The translations under genes and the position numbers were made by a program. A stretch of 64,000 nt of DNA from an uncultured Methanoregulaceae archaeon (GTDB taxonomy: Archaea; Halobacteriota; Methanomicrobia; Methanomicrobiales; Methanospirillaceae): NCBI GenBank assembly GCA_963841015.1, contig CAWJAX010000005.1, forward strand, positions 533,855 through 597,854, read 5' to 3'. Below are positions 32,035-42,558 of this stretch, piece after piece. Positions within the stretch are counted from its first letter, which is position 1. Each line of letters opens with the position of its first letter. The notes beneath the pieces were generated by a model, which was given only the letters and a program-made list of their open reading frames with translations, searched no databases and was not told where the DNA came from.

Positions 32035-33143
32035 GATATGTGATGTAACGCTCAGAGACGGAGAACAGACACCGGGAGTATCATTTTCCTGTGAGGAAAA
32101 GGTGAGGATTGCCCGGATGCTGGATACCATCGGGATTGAGGTGATCGAGGCCGGGTTTCCTGCAGTATCCCCCCACGAAAAGGAGTGCGTAAAGGCCGTT
32201 GCGAACCTCGGGCTCGACTGCCCGTATCTGCGGGTTTGCACGCGCCCGGGAAGCAGATGTTGCAACAGCGATAGACTGCAATGTGGACATGGTAAGCATC
32301 TTTATCCCGACATCCGAGCTGCATGTCCGGCTCAAATTCAAAAAAACGCGGGAGCAGGTGCTTGACGATGCACTCGGGATTATTGATTATGCCACGGATC
32401 ACGGTGTTCAGGTGCGGTTTGCAGCCGAAGATGCGTCCCGGACGGATCTTCCCTTCTTAAAAGAGGTGTACCGTCGTGCGTCAGAGCACGGTGCAGTGCT
32501 GCTGAGCTTTGCCGACACCGTTGGCTGCCTGATCCCGACCGAAATGCAGCGGGTCATGACCGAACTGGTTGCATCGGTGGACAAACCGCTCTGTGCTCAC
32601 TGCCATAACGATATGGGCTGTGCGGTCGCAAATACGATTACCGCTGCAGAAGCCGGGGCTTTCCAGCTGCATACAACGGTAAACGGGATCGGGGAGCGGG
32701 CTGGCAATGCATCCCTGGAAGAAGTGCTTGTAGCCCTGCGGATGAAAGGGGGTATTGATCGGTACGATCTCTCACACCTGACGGAACTCTCCCACATGGT
32801 CGAAAAATTCTCCGGCATCACGCTCCCGAGGAACAAGCCCGTCACCGGCGAACTCGCGTTCTCGCACGAAAGTGGTATCCACATCGCGGCAATTCTTGAA
32901 GACCCGTCCTCGTACGAATACTTCCCGCCCGATATGGTCGGGAGCGAACGCAGGTTCATTCTCGGGAAACATACAGGTAAGAAAGCGCTTGAACATGTAG
33001 TGGCATCGATTGGCTGCGAACTTACCGAAAAACAGGTCTGCCGGGTTCTTGACCTTGTCAAGGACAAATCAGAGCATAAATGCAACATCACCCCGGATGT
33101 CTTAAAAAAACTGATCCGGAAAGCAAAAGAGGAGAATGCCTGA
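32015..33143 (+). CDS. aksA: Homocitrate synthase family (frameshift near 32218)
   Basis: DVTLRDGEQTPG, HCHNDMG, GIGERAGNA, HESGIH; no LeuA regulatory domain. Confidence 0.85.
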
Positions 33144-34357
33144 TGGGGACATTATCAGAAAGGATCCTTCACGGGACTGCGGGAGAGTATGTTGACCGGG
33201 CCATCGACCGGGCGTATGTCCATGACGGCACCGGGGTACTTACTCTTGAAGCCTGGAAGAGTATGGGAGAGCAGAGGATACAGGATGCGTCACATATTCA
33301 CGTCCTTTTCGATCATATCGTGCCGGCAAACAACAGCACAACTGCGACTCTCCAGCACGAGCTGCGTGAGTTCGCCCGCAGTTCGTTCCTGCATTTTTCT
33401 GATATCGGGAGTGGGATCTGTCACCAGATCATGAGCGAGGGGATAGTGCTCCCGGGTGAAGTCGTGGTCGGCGCTGATTCCCACAGCTGCACGCTCGGGG
33501 CCTTCGGTGCATTTGCCACGGGTGTCGGTGCAACGGATATGGCAGCGATCTGGATGACCGGGGAGACATGGTTCCGGGTTCCGGAATCAACAGGGATGCA
33601 CCTTTCCGGAACCTTTACTGGTGCCGCCGAGGCAAAAGACCTTGCACTTACCTATGTCAGCAAACTCGGTATGGACGGTGCCAGCTACCAGGCTCTGGAA
33701 TTTATTGGTGAAGGCACAGCTGCCCTGCCCATGGACGACCGGCTCACGCTCTGCAACCTTGCTGTTGAGACCGGTGCCAAGGCCGGAATGTTCTATGCAG
33801 ATGCTATAACCGTGCAGTATCTTGCAGCGGCAGGTCACACGGTAAAACCCCAGACGCCGGAGCCTTGCAGGTATATCCGGGAGCTGGATTTCGATCTTTC
33901 CGATATTGTCCCGGTCATTGCTGTGCCTCCAAGGGTGGACACCGTAAAACCCGTGCATGATCTCGCCGGGCTGCCGCTCGATCAGGTTTTTGTGGGTACC
34001 TGCACAAACGGCCGCTACACGGATCTTGCACGGTTCGCACGGGTTGTGAAAGGGAAAAATGTTGCAATCCGCACTATCATTGTTCCGGCTTCCCGTGCCG
34101 TGCTGCAGGAAGCACTCCGGACCGGGGTACTTGCTGATCTTGTGGCGGCCGGATGCACTATCGGAACCCCGGGCTGCGGTCCCTGCCTTGGAGCCCATAT
34201 GGGTGTACTGGGCGAAGGGGAGGTCTGCCTGTCAACAGCAAACCGCAACTTCAAAAACCGGATGGGTGTTGGCGGGGAGATTTTCCTGTCCTCCGTTGCC
34301 ACGGCCGCAGCCAGTGCACTTGAAGGAGAAATAACCGAGCCGGAGGCGGGCCCATGA
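33143..34357 (+). CDS. aksD: Homoaconitase large subunit
   Basis: HDGT, GICHQ, GADSH, GTCTNGR, CGPCLG, NRNFKNRMG. Confidence 0.85.
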   Translation: MGTLSERILHGTAGEYVDRAIDRAYVHDGTGVLTLEAWKSMGEQRIQDASHIHVLFDHIVPANNSTTATLQHELREFARSSFLHFSDIGSGICHQIMSEGIVLPGEVVVGADSHSCTLGAFGAFATGVGATDMAAIWMTGETWFRVPESTGMHLSGTFTGAAEAKDLALTYVSKLGMDGASYQALEFIGEGTAALPMDDRLTLCNLAVETGAKAGMFYADAITVQYLAAAGHTVKPQTPEPCRYIRELDFDLSDIVPVIAVPPRVDTVKPVHDLAGLPLDQVFVGTCTNGRYTDLARFARVVKGKNVAIRTIIVPASRAVLQEALRTGVLADLVAAGCTIGTPGCGPCLGAHMGVLGEGEVCLSTANRNFKNRMGVGGEIFLSSVATAAASALEGEITEPEAGP

Positions 34358-34824
34358 TGGGAAAAGGGCGGGCTGTCTGCGTCGGTGCAGATATTGACAC
34401 GGATCTTGTAATCGCCGGGCGCTACCTGCGGACAAAGGATCATAGTCTCTGGGTTGCACACGTGTTCGAAGATCTCGATCCAACGCTCGCCAGCCGCCTG
34501 AACGGTGCCGTGATCGTGGCAGGAAAAAATTTTGGCTGCGGTTCCTCCCGGGAACAGGCAGCGATTGCCATCCATGAGGCCGGCGTGGTTGCCGTGGTGG
34601 CACCATCCTTTGCCCGGATATTTTTCCGGAATGCAATCAATGTCGGGCTCCCGCTTATTGAATGTAATCTCTTCTGCACAGAGGGAAGTCTCGTGACGTT
34701 CGACCTTGCAGAAGGATGGGTTGAGGCAGAGGGTAAGAAGTATACCACCTGCCCGCTCTCTCCACGGATGCAGGAGATCCTTGCAGCGGGCGGCCTCGTC
34801 AACTACTGGAGGTCCGGCAGATGA
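34354..34824 (+). CDS. aksE: Homoaconitase small subunit
   Basis: IDTD...YLRT loop typical of homoaconitase; GKNFGCGSSREQA. Confidence 0.85.
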   Translation: MMGKGRAVCVGADIDTDLVIAGRYLRTKDHSLWVAHVFEDLDPTLASRLNGAVIVAGKNFGCGSSREQAAIAIHEAGVVAVVAPSFARIFFRNAINVGLPLIECNLFCTEGSLVTFDLAEGWVEAEGKKYTTCPLSPRMQEILAAGGLVNYWRSGR

Positions 34825-35621
34825 TCTTTCCGGAACAGTGCAAGCAGGTCGGGTATGCTGCAACAAAACCCTGCGGTGACAAGGTCTATTTCCTGAGCCG
34901 CTACCTGGTGCGGGACACGGGTGACGGGTATGAGCTGCTCGAAATCACGCTTGATTCTGCAGGGAAAGGTCTGATGCGTACAATTGTGGCGTCCAACGTG
35001 GTCGCAACTGCAAAGGAAACGTACCGTTACCCCGAAAAAGTGCAGATCCATGACCGCACGCGACTTATCAGGCTTGCACGGGATACGGGCTTTCGCTGCA
35101 CGATCTTTACCGGGCTTGACGAACATATGACGTTCGTGCTTGACCCTGATATCTCCGGGCTGCTTGAGATCCATGTTTATGATGTAGCGCCTCCCCGCCC
35201 GAGTCTCTCTTCCTGTATCCGGGAGCTGGAGTCTGACGGGCTCTTTGGGGATCTTTCGGTCACGTTCTGCCACCATACCCGCGATATCACGCAGGTCCAG
35301 GCGGATGTCTACCCCTGTCGTGCCGCAGGGTATACCCGTACGCTCGATGCCGACCCGATGCAGGGGGGGGAACGGGTAGCCGGGTGCCAGACAGGTTCAC
35401 AGTTCTACACCGAATGCTACGGGAAGGACTTTGCGCTTGAGAATATCTGCCCGCTGGAATCCGTGCAGGAGGAACCGTTCATAGCCCGTTGTTGTCGCTC
35501 CGAACGTGCAGGTACAGGGATCTCTAAAGGGAAGTTTGGAGCCGTAGTCCACTGGGGTGCAAATCCGGCACAGATCGCCCGTGCGGTGAATGATCTGGCA
35601 GTGGAGTGGAGGAAGCAATGA
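34821..35621 (+). CDS. Cys-rich protein of unknown function
   Basis: 266 aa, ATGA overlaps with both neighbours; YPC, GC, ICP and RCCR motifs. Confidence 0.85.
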   Translation: MIFPEQCKQVGYAATKPCGDKVYFLSRYLVRDTGDGYELLEITLDSAGKGLMRTIVASNVVATAKETYRYPEKVQIHDRTRLIRLARDTGFRCTIFTGLDEHMTFVLDPDISGLLEIHVYDVAPPRPSLSSCIRELESDGLFGDLSVTFCHHTRDITQVQADVYPCRAAGYTRTLDADPMQGGERVAGCQTGSQFYTECYGKDFALENICPLESVQEEPFIARCCRSERAGTGISKGKFGAVVHWGANPAQIARAVNDLAVEWRKQ

Positions 35622-36583
35622 CCCGGATCGCGATTGTTGAAGGTGATGGTATCGGCCATGAGGTGATCCCGGTTGCACAACAGGCTCTTGAACTGCTCCA
35701 TCCCGAATACGAATTCTTCGCAGTTGATGTCGGGTACCACCGCTGGGAACAGACCGGATGCCCGTGTGCAGATCACGATATTGCGGAACTGAAGACCGCA
35801 GATGCAATCCTCTTTGGTGCGATCACGACACCCCCGATGAAGGATTACCAGAGCGTAGTGCTGCGGCTGAGAAAAGCGCTCGATCTCTACGCAAACCTGC
35901 GGCCGGTCAAAGGGAACGGGTTCGATATCATGATCGTGCGGGAAAATACCGAAGGACTCTATTCCGGTATCGAACAGGTCAGCAATGACCGGGCAACAAC
36001 CCTCCGGGTGGTGTCCCGGCGGGGTACTGAGCGGATCGTGCGTGCTGCAATCCGGCTCGCACTACGGCGGAGCGGCAGGCTGACTATCGGACATAAGGCA
36101 AATGTGCTCAAATCCGATGTATTGTTCCGTGACATCTGCCTTGCCGAAGCGAAAGCAGCGGGTGTTTCCTGCAATGACAAATACATCGACGCTCTCGCGC
36201 TGGACATCCTCCAGCATCCCGCGTCGTATGATGTCGTTGTCACGACGAACATTTTCGGGGACATCCTTTCAGACGTGGCTTCGTATCTTGTCGGGGGACT
36301 GGGGCTGGTGCCCAGTGCCAATATCGGTGACCACCATGCCCTTTTTGAACCTGTGCATGGGAGTGCCCCGGATATTGCCGGCAAAAATATCGCCAACCCG
36401 ATCGCTGCCCTGCGGAGTGCAGGCATGCTCCTTACCTATTGTAATGATCCATCAGGATCAGGGAGGATCGAAGAAGCAATACAGGAAGTACTTGCAGAAG
36501 GCATCCGGACCCGGGATCTTGGTGGTTCAGCCGGGACCCGTGAGTTCGGGAATGCGGTGCTCCGCAGGCTCCAAAAAATATAA
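35618..36583 (+). CDS. aksF: Homoisocitrate/isopropylmalate-family dehydrogenase
   Basis: GDGIGHEV, RENTEGLY, HKANVLK, NIFGDILSD, EPVHGSAPDIAG. Confidence 0.85.
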   Translation: MTRIAIVEGDGIGHEVIPVAQQALELLHPEYEFFAVDVGYHRWEQTGCPCADHDIAELKTADAILFGAITTPPMKDYQSVVLRLRKALDLYANLRPVKGNGFDIMIVRENTEGLYSGIEQVSNDRATTLRVVSRRGTERIVRAAIRLALRRSGRLTIGHKANVLKSDVLFRDICLAEAKAAGVSCNDKYIDALALDILQHPASYDVVVTTNIFGDILSDVASYLVGGLGLVPSANIGDHHALFEPVHGSAPDIAGKNIANPIAALRSAGMLLTYCNDPSGSGRIEEAIQEVLAEGIRTRDLGGSAGTREFGNAVLRRLQKI

Positions 36584-36629
36584 GGTATCAGGTGATCTCT
36601 AACCTGACCGATAACAGATGTGCATTACT

Positions 36630-36752
36630 ACCATGGGTAATTTGGAGGTTGCCTTTTTATCAGAGCACCCGCGTTTGGGCATTACCCCAGCCTCCCTTAT
36701 GGGAGGACGGGCTCCAGACCAGGACCCACGAACATCGCCCGGGGGATCCACT
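36630..36752. ncRNA. Candidate structured RNA or mobile-element remnant
   Basis: Dense stems: GGGTAAT/ATTACCC, CCTCCC-ttat-GGGAGG, GGGCTCC..GGACCC; no family recognised. Confidence 0.3.
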
Positions 36753-36853
36753 TGTAGCGAAGCGTCAATCCTATCATTTTTGCGATTTTTCACAACAGAC
36801 TGTATGTTTTTTAAAAAAAGAGTCTCGTTCATGGGAAAAAGAGGTAAGAGAGG

Positions 36854-37501
36854 TTATGGAGTGACCACTACATTCTCAAACTTGATGACGAACTCGTGGT
36901 CATCTGCTCCATCCGGAAGTGAGCAGAACATCATGGTATCTGTTGTCGCATGTCCTCCGGCTTTTATCGTCCCGAAGTATACCTTCACCCAGCAGAGTTG
37001 CTGGTCATTGTAATACAGGTTTGCCGATGAAGTGACGATCCGTGCATCCCCGGTGCCGACATTGTCTCCCTCAGCATGAACCAGGAGCGGAATCGGATTG
37101 GTATAACTTCTTAATGCCGGGTAAGTCCAGTAACCGTTAACATGCATCTCCGGGGCGACTTTTTTTGTTACTGATGGTGTAAAGGTCGGGACTAGTGCAG
37201 GAATTGTGGTCGCCAAAGGTACGAGCACGGGGGAGAAGGATTCAGTAGCTCCGGAAATAACAGTTATGTTCTGGGACCAGGTCTTATACCCGTTTTCACG
37301 AACCTCAACCATATGGTTACCGGCTGCTACATCCTTGATGGTACCGGGCGTAGTGCCATGGTATTCATTATCGAGGTAGACCTCTGCACCGGAGGGTGAT
37401 GAGGTGATCGTGATTGACCCCGTTTTTTCCGGGAGTGGCGCTGTACACCCGCACAGAAAAACACCGAGGACTAATATGCAGATTGCAATTTTCTGGAGCA
37501 T
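36854..37501 (-). CDS. PEGA-domain surface lipoprotein
   Basis: Signal peptide with FLCGC; GSITITSSPSGAEVYLDNEYHGTTP. Confidence 0.88.
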   Translation of the reverse strand: MLQKIAICILVLGVFLCGCTAPLPEKTGSITITSSPSGAEVYLDNEYHGTTPGTIKDVAAGNHMVEVRENGYKTWSQNITVISGATESFSPVLVPLATTIPALVPTFTPSVTKKVAPEMHVNGYWTYPALRSYTNPIPLLVHAEGDNVGTGDARIVTSSANLYYNDQQLCWVKVYFGTIKAGGHATTDTMMFCSLPDGADDHEFVIKFENVVVTP

Positions 37502-37712
37502 GGTTCACACCTGTTCATTGGATACTAACTTGCATGAGCTGTTGAGTAATAGGCTTTCTGCTCGGATCACGGGTCAGAAGAAATGAATCGAGTCATCTCA
37601 TCAAAGGTAAAAATTCCACCTTTTTGACCATTGGAAGTACATGCATCGCCGGTCCCACCTTCCCCGGGTATTCTGCCACAGGTGAAACGAATGGACCCCC
37701 GGCTCCAATCAC

Positions 37713-38354
37713 CTAACGCCGGAAACGGGCAGCAATCTCTTCGAATCCTGGTTCGAGCAACAGGTCCGCCCAGTCGGTGGCACTTTTCCGTTTGAGGTAA
37801 AATGTTCCCAGGACAGCAATGATCAACCCTCCGCAAAGGTCAGTGATCAGGTCAATCATGGTGTCGGTATTGCTGTGCTGGAGAGGTTTTGTCAGGTACG
37901 CCCCTGCCAGAGTATCAAGGGTGAATTCCCAAATCTCCCAGATTGCCCCAAATGCCAGCGTGAAGATTACAATGAAAAAGAAGATCTGCCATCGCTCAAA
38001 CTGGAGGCCGTTACTGACCCGCATGAGGATAAGGACCGCCAGAAACCCGAGCAGGGCAACAGTTATGGATGCAACCAGGTGAGCAACCTTGTCATAGTAA
38101 GGATAGAGGTCCACGTACCAGTGATACGAGTACCCGGCGATATGGAGGAAAAGGGTCAGGGCGATGAGAAACGTGACTTCCCAGGGGACCACAATATGCA
38201 CTTTCCGGTGGACAAGGGTTGGAATAAGGGATAGTCCGACTGCAACCAGTCCGAAGAAGGTACCGGCATAATATCCTATGTGAAAGCTGTAGACTGCCGT
38301 CAGGATGATAAGGGCCTGCATGATGTAGGTCAGGTAAAAAAAATTATACTTCAT
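37713..38354 (-). CDS. Membrane protein (DUF2238/VanZ-like)
   Basis: YYDKVAH, GAIWEIWEF, DTMIDLITD; start uncertain. Confidence 0.75.
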   Translation of the reverse strand: MKYNFFYLTYIMQALIILTAVYSFHIGYYAGTFFGLVAVGLSLIPTLVHRKVHIVVPWEVTFLIALTLFLHIAGYSYHWYVDLYPYYDKVAHLVASITVALLGFLAVLILMRVSNGLQFERWQIFFFIVIFTLAFGAIWEIWEFTLDTLAGAYLTKPLQHSNTDTMIDLITDLCGGLIIAVLGTFYLKRKSATDWADLLLEPGFEEIAARFRR

Positions 38355-38486
38355 GCAGATGGAGATTGTTTGTCCATGATAATTAATCCGCGGTGGATCT
38401 CTTCTGCGGTTCATCGGAGGATTATGGTTTTTTGTAAATTATTTTTCCGGCTCGGTAGATCTGTTTAAAAAAACCTGAACACTCAT

Positions 38487-38599
38487 GGGTTTCACCCCGC
38501 CGCTTCGGCTTCCCCAAATGCGATACACCGGAACAAGGTAATACATCATCATCGCAGTAAGCGCAGGGGCGGCAACGGGAACAGGAATTGCCCCCCCTT
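38487..38599 (-). repeat. Dispersed structured repeat family R1, copy 2
   Basis: Reverse complement aligns with 108-219. Confidence 0.8.
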
Positions 38600-38640
38600 A
38601 AATCTTAACTCAAGGGGGACAATCCTAATCAGCCGTTTTT

Positions 38641-39834
38641 TCATTCATTTCTCAATGCATCGATCGGGTCCATGTTCGATGCCCGCCATGCCGGGTAAAG
38701 CCCGGAAACAATACACACAATCATACCGATGAGCATCCCTCCGGGGATGTAGACTATGCTTTCGGGTAAGAAGAAATACGCAGTATTTCCAATCATGGCA
38801 CTCACCACGGAATACCCGATGATAACACTCATTATCCCACCGATAACAGCACCAATAATCCCCAGGATGAACGCTTCGTACAGGAACATCCGGCGTACCT
38901 CTCCTTTTTCTGTGCCAATAGAGAGCAGAATACCGATCTCCTGGACCCGTTCACTCACCGACATCATCATCACATTGAAAATACTGGTAGCAGCGACAAG
39001 GAGCGAAATACTGCCAATTGCAAGGATGAACGTGGTGAGAGAGCTCAGCGTTGAGGAGACACTGGTAATCCGGGAACTGGAATCAGAGATACGGACAACC
39101 TCTTTATTCCGGTTGACTTTTTTATCAATGGCGTCTTCAACATCGGTCAATGTGGTGACATCCTTTAAGTACACATTCACCTGGTCATACTCATTTCCCC
39201 CACCGAACTGGGAGGTATACCAGGTCTCAGACACGATAATGGCATTATCCGTATTAATGCCATTAGAAGAAGATAGCCCCGCTGAAGAGAGAATACCCAC
39301 AACACGGATGACCGGCCGTGTCACACTGACATTCGGTTCCCCAATCTTGATCCGTGTCCCTATTTTTAAGTTAAACCTGTTTGCAATCGTGGCACCAACG
39401 ATAGCATCACTCTCACCGCGAAGAGTTGATCCTTCCGAAACGTTCATGATATTTTTAATATCGTCCGGATCAAGGCCATAAATCGAACCTCTGCCATCAT
39501 TGGAACCGATCGAGAACTGGGTGCTGGTCCTGTCAATCGGGATAACTTCATTTATCCCCGCGGCATCACGGATCTCTCTGAGCTGGATTTCGGTTATCTT
39601 GTTGGAAGAGCTGACCGATGACCCGGGTTCGGCCCTCACAACATCAGGAGTAACCGTGATAATATTGATACCTGTAGTGAGTTGATCTTTTACCAGCAGC
39701 TGCATGTTGGTCCCGAGCATTCCCATGGAAGAAATTGCCACGACCCCTATAACAATCCCGATAGATGCAAGGAGAGACCGCAGAAAATTCAGCCTGACAC
39801 TGCGGACCGAGAGATCAAAAAAAATGTCCTTCAT
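38641..39834 (-). CDS. ABC transporter permease (MacB/FtsX type)
   Basis: RSLLASIGIVIGV, SVSERVQEIGILLSIG, YPAWRAS.MDPIDALR. Confidence 0.92.
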   Translation of the reverse strand: MKDIFFDLSVRSVRLNFLRSLLASIGIVIGVVAISSMGMLGTNMQLLVKDQLTTGINIITVTPDVVRAEPGSSVSSSNKITEIQLREIRDAAGINEVIPIDRTSTQFSIGSNDGRGSIYGLDPDDIKNIMNVSEGSTLRGESDAIVGATIANRFNLKIGTRIKIGEPNVSVTRPVIRVVGILSSAGLSSSNGINTDNAIIVSETWYTSQFGGGNEYDQVNVYLKDVTTLTDVEDAIDKKVNRNKEVVRISDSSSRITSVSSTLSSLTTFILAIGSISLLVAATSIFNVMMMSVSERVQEIGILLSIGTEKGEVRRMFLYEAFILGIIGAVIGGIMSVIIGYSVVSAMIGNTAYFFLPESIVYIPGGMLIGMIVCIVSGLYPAWRASNMDPIDALRNE

Positions 39835-40511
39835 GATCCTGCAACTCTCCCGTCCTCAAGCTGTATTGTCCGGTGTGCATAATCAGCAATTTTCGGGTCA
39901 TGCGTCACAAGAATGACGGTCTTTCCTTCCTTGTTCAGCCCGACAAGAATATCCATAATCTGGAAACCTGTCTTGCGGTCGAGATTGCCGGTGGGTTCAT
40001 CGCAGAGCAGAATCTTCGGGTCATTGACCAGAGCCCGGGCAATCGCGACCCGCTGCTGTTGACCCCCGGAAAGCTGGTTAGGGCGGTGAGAGCTCATTTC
40101 CTCATCGAACCCCACGGATTTGAGTACGGCCGCTGCCCTTCCCGTGGAGTCCCTCTTTTTGTACTTCAGGATGAGCGGGTATTCCACATTCTCGTATGCC
40201 GAGAGGAGCGGAATCAGGTAGAATTTCTGGAATACATATCCGATGGTGTCACGGCGCATATGGGTTCGTTCAAGGTTGGTCATTCCGGCCACATTTTTAC
40301 CGTCGATAAAGATCTCCCCGGTTGTGGGAACATCAAGGATTCCCAGTTGGTTCATCATGGTCGATTTACCGGAACCTGAAGGTCCCATCAGAGCAACAAA
40401 TTCGCCTTCATTGATATCAAGTGTGATGTGATTGAGTGCGGTAAAGTCACCACTCTCCAGATGGTACACCTTCGATACATCATTAAGCCGGATAAGAGGA
40501 GTACCATACAT
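39831..40511 (-). CDS. ABC transporter ATPase (LolD/MacB type)
   Basis: GPSGSGKS, LSGGQQQR, DEPTGNLD. Confidence 0.95.
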   Translation of the reverse strand: MYGTPLIRLNDVSKVYHLESGDFTALNHITLDINEGEFVALMGPSGSGKSTMMNQLGILDVPTTGEIFIDGKNVAGMTNLERTHMRRDTIGYVFQKFYLIPLLSAYENVEYPLILKYKKRDSTGRAAAVLKSVGFDEEMSSHRPNQLSGGQQQRVAIARALVNDPKILLCDEPTGNLDRKTGFQIMDILVGLNKEGKTVILVTHDPKIADYAHRTIQLEDGRVAGS

Positions 40512-40522
40512 AGCTGATCCCC

Positions 40523-41857
40523 TTATCGTCTCTTCAGTTTTGCAGCAATCCATTTCCGCTTCATCCAGAGCACAATGCCAATTATGATGATAATTCCTGC
40601 AGCAATGACAGGATAGAAGGAACTGATACCTCCTCCCCTGCTGCCCCCAAATCCGAAAATACTACCTCCGCCCGGCGGGCCTCCACTGAAGCCGCCACTA
40701 TTTCTTGCAGCGGAACTTCCTGTTGTTGCCGGGGTTACACTGCCGGATGAACTTACGGAACCGCCGGATACGGTGCCTGTGCTTCCGGAACCGGCATTTG
40801 TCCTGAGATTAAGGTTTTTTGTGATGCTGAACGAGTTCCCGTCATTATCTTTCCAGGTAATGACGAGGGGCACCGATGACAGGTCGGTTGCAGTAAAGGT
40901 AATCTCGAAACTCGAAAAGTCATCGGCTGCAAGCGAACCGATTGCGTACTGTGCATAGGGTTCTACAGCTTTTGCGGGTGCACCCACGGTTACAATCATC
41001 GATTTCGCATCGGTAAGGCCGGCATTATTTACGTCTCCGGTGAGGGTATAGGATGTTCCGAAAGATGCGAGTTCAACATTGTTGACCACGGGGATGGCCG
41101 CTTTTTTATTATCTCCCAGGATTATTGGCAGGACAATATCGGCAGTGTGATCATTGTCGCCGTTCTGGTAGCTGATATGGAAATTGAGACTGGATTGCTG
41201 GTTAGGAGTGACAGAAAACGGGATCTCAACAGAACTTTGTCCATTCAGTATGCTGACATATTTCTGGGACGGGCTTACATCAATTCCCTGGCCGGTGGGA
41301 GTAATAATAATATTTTTTATTGCTGCGCTACGGGGATTGATAATGTTCAGGGTTACGGTATCTTTTGTCGATAATGCAAAATTATCGGGTTTTTGCGAGA
41401 TGCTCGTTTGGATATCCGCGGAATCAACTTTGATTGTAATGGGATAATGGATGCTCCCGGCATTTTGCGCACCTACGGTAAACAGCGGAAAATAGGTCCC
41501 GTCCGGCGGATCTGCCTTTACCAGGAACGAGTACGTTATGGTCGATCCCGGCCCGATAAAACTCATGGTGTTCCAGCTATCCTTGTTCATGATATGGATC
41601 TTTTCGCTCAGGATGTCCGGATTTGAGAGCCCGACGGAAGATGTACCTGAATTGGCAAGCGTTACGGAGATGGTTCCCTGTTCATAAGGATAGAATACCT
41701 CAGGATCAATTTTTACCGATGATACATACACCAGCGATGCTGCATCCTGTGCGGTGGTCGAGGTACTATCTGATGAGGTGGCCAGGGTTGCTGCGTGTGC
41801 AGATGATATCAATACTATCAGTATTATCAGACAGGAAATGACGGATTTTCCCTTCAT
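40523..41857 (-). CDS. Secreted S-layer-like (COG1361-type) protein with C-terminal TM anchor
   Basis: Signal peptide, beta-rich repeats, Gly/Ser linker, terminal TM helix with basic tail; upstream of the ABC genes. Confidence 0.75.
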   Translation of the reverse strand: MKGKSVISCLIILIVLISSAHAATLATSSDSTSTTAQDAASLVYVSSVKIDPEVFYPYEQGTISVTLANSGTSSVGLSNPDILSEKIHIMNKDSWNTMSFIGPGSTITYSFLVKADPPDGTYFPLFTVGAQNAGSIHYPITIKVDSADIQTSISQKPDNFALSTKDTVTLNIINPRSAAIKNIIITPTGQGIDVSPSQKYVSILNGQSSVEIPFSVTPNQQSSLNFHISYQNGDNDHTADIVLPIILGDNKKAAIPVVNNVELASFGTSYTLTGDVNNAGLTDAKSMIVTVGAPAKAVEPYAQYAIGSLAADDFSSFEITFTATDLSSVPLVITWKDNDGNSFSITKNLNLRTNAGSGSTGTVSGGSVSSSGSVTPATTGSSAARNSGGFSGGPPGGGSIFGFGGSRGGGISSFYPVIAAGIIIIIGIVLWMKRKWIAAKLKRR

Positions 41858-42111
41858 ATTTCCTCCGGTTTTGTATTCAGGTTCATGGTGACGTGTCCTT
41901 TGATTTTCATGAATGCACTGTCATGATGTAATTTATATACGACATTTTGCCATTTAAAAGTTTCTAAATATCTGGTATAAGTAACAATTATAAGGGAAAA
42001 CGAACCTATTAGTATTAACCTTCAGATCTTCAGGCCTGAATTTTTTGACCTTGGCAGGACACTCCTAAAGGCTCAAAAAAAAGGTAAGGTGACCATTAAC
42101 AGAGTGACAGT

Positions 42112-42558
42112 ATGAAAAAAAATACCTTCTATCTTATATTCGGATGCATTGCCCTTGCCCTGCTCTTTCTTTTCTGGTACTCGGTAGAACTTCACACCCC
42201 ACTTCTCATTGAAATCGCTTTCATCCTCGGAATCGTGCTGGTATACCTGGCAAAGAGAAAGGTGACAGACAGTATCGAGGACGAACGGGATGTGAAGATC
42301 ACCGAACAGGCAACAGCCCGGACTATGCAGGTCTTCTGGGTGGTTTTCTGTGCATTTTCCATCGGAGCGGTCATGCAGGTACTCCATATCCCGACATTTC
42401 CCCGCGAGCCCCCCGGGGCGCGCCCTCCCGATCTCCTTGGCCCCCGTATGATGGGGTATATCCAGCTGGGTCTCCTCTGCCTGATGATCTTCCTGTATGT
42501 CGGTTTCCGGATCTATTACGCAAAAAAATATGGAGAATTTGAGACCGATGAAGAATAA
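42112..42558 (+). CDS. DUF2178-like membrane protein
   Basis: EDERD..I...A motif between TM helices; overlaps the HTH gene. Confidence 0.75.
   Translation: MKKNTFYLIFGCIALALLFLFWYSVELHTPLLIEIAFILGIVLVYLAKRKVTDSIEDERDVKITEQATARTMQVFWVVFCAFSIGAVMQVLHIPTFPREPPGARPPDLLGPRMMGYIQLGLLCLMIFLYVGFRIYYAKKYGEFETDEE

Noticed and set aside
33143-36583. Leucine biosynthesis (leuCDB) assignment
   Set aside because: The YLRT loop, a synthase without the LeuA regulatory domain and linkage to mmp11 favour the Aks pathway; dual use is not excluded
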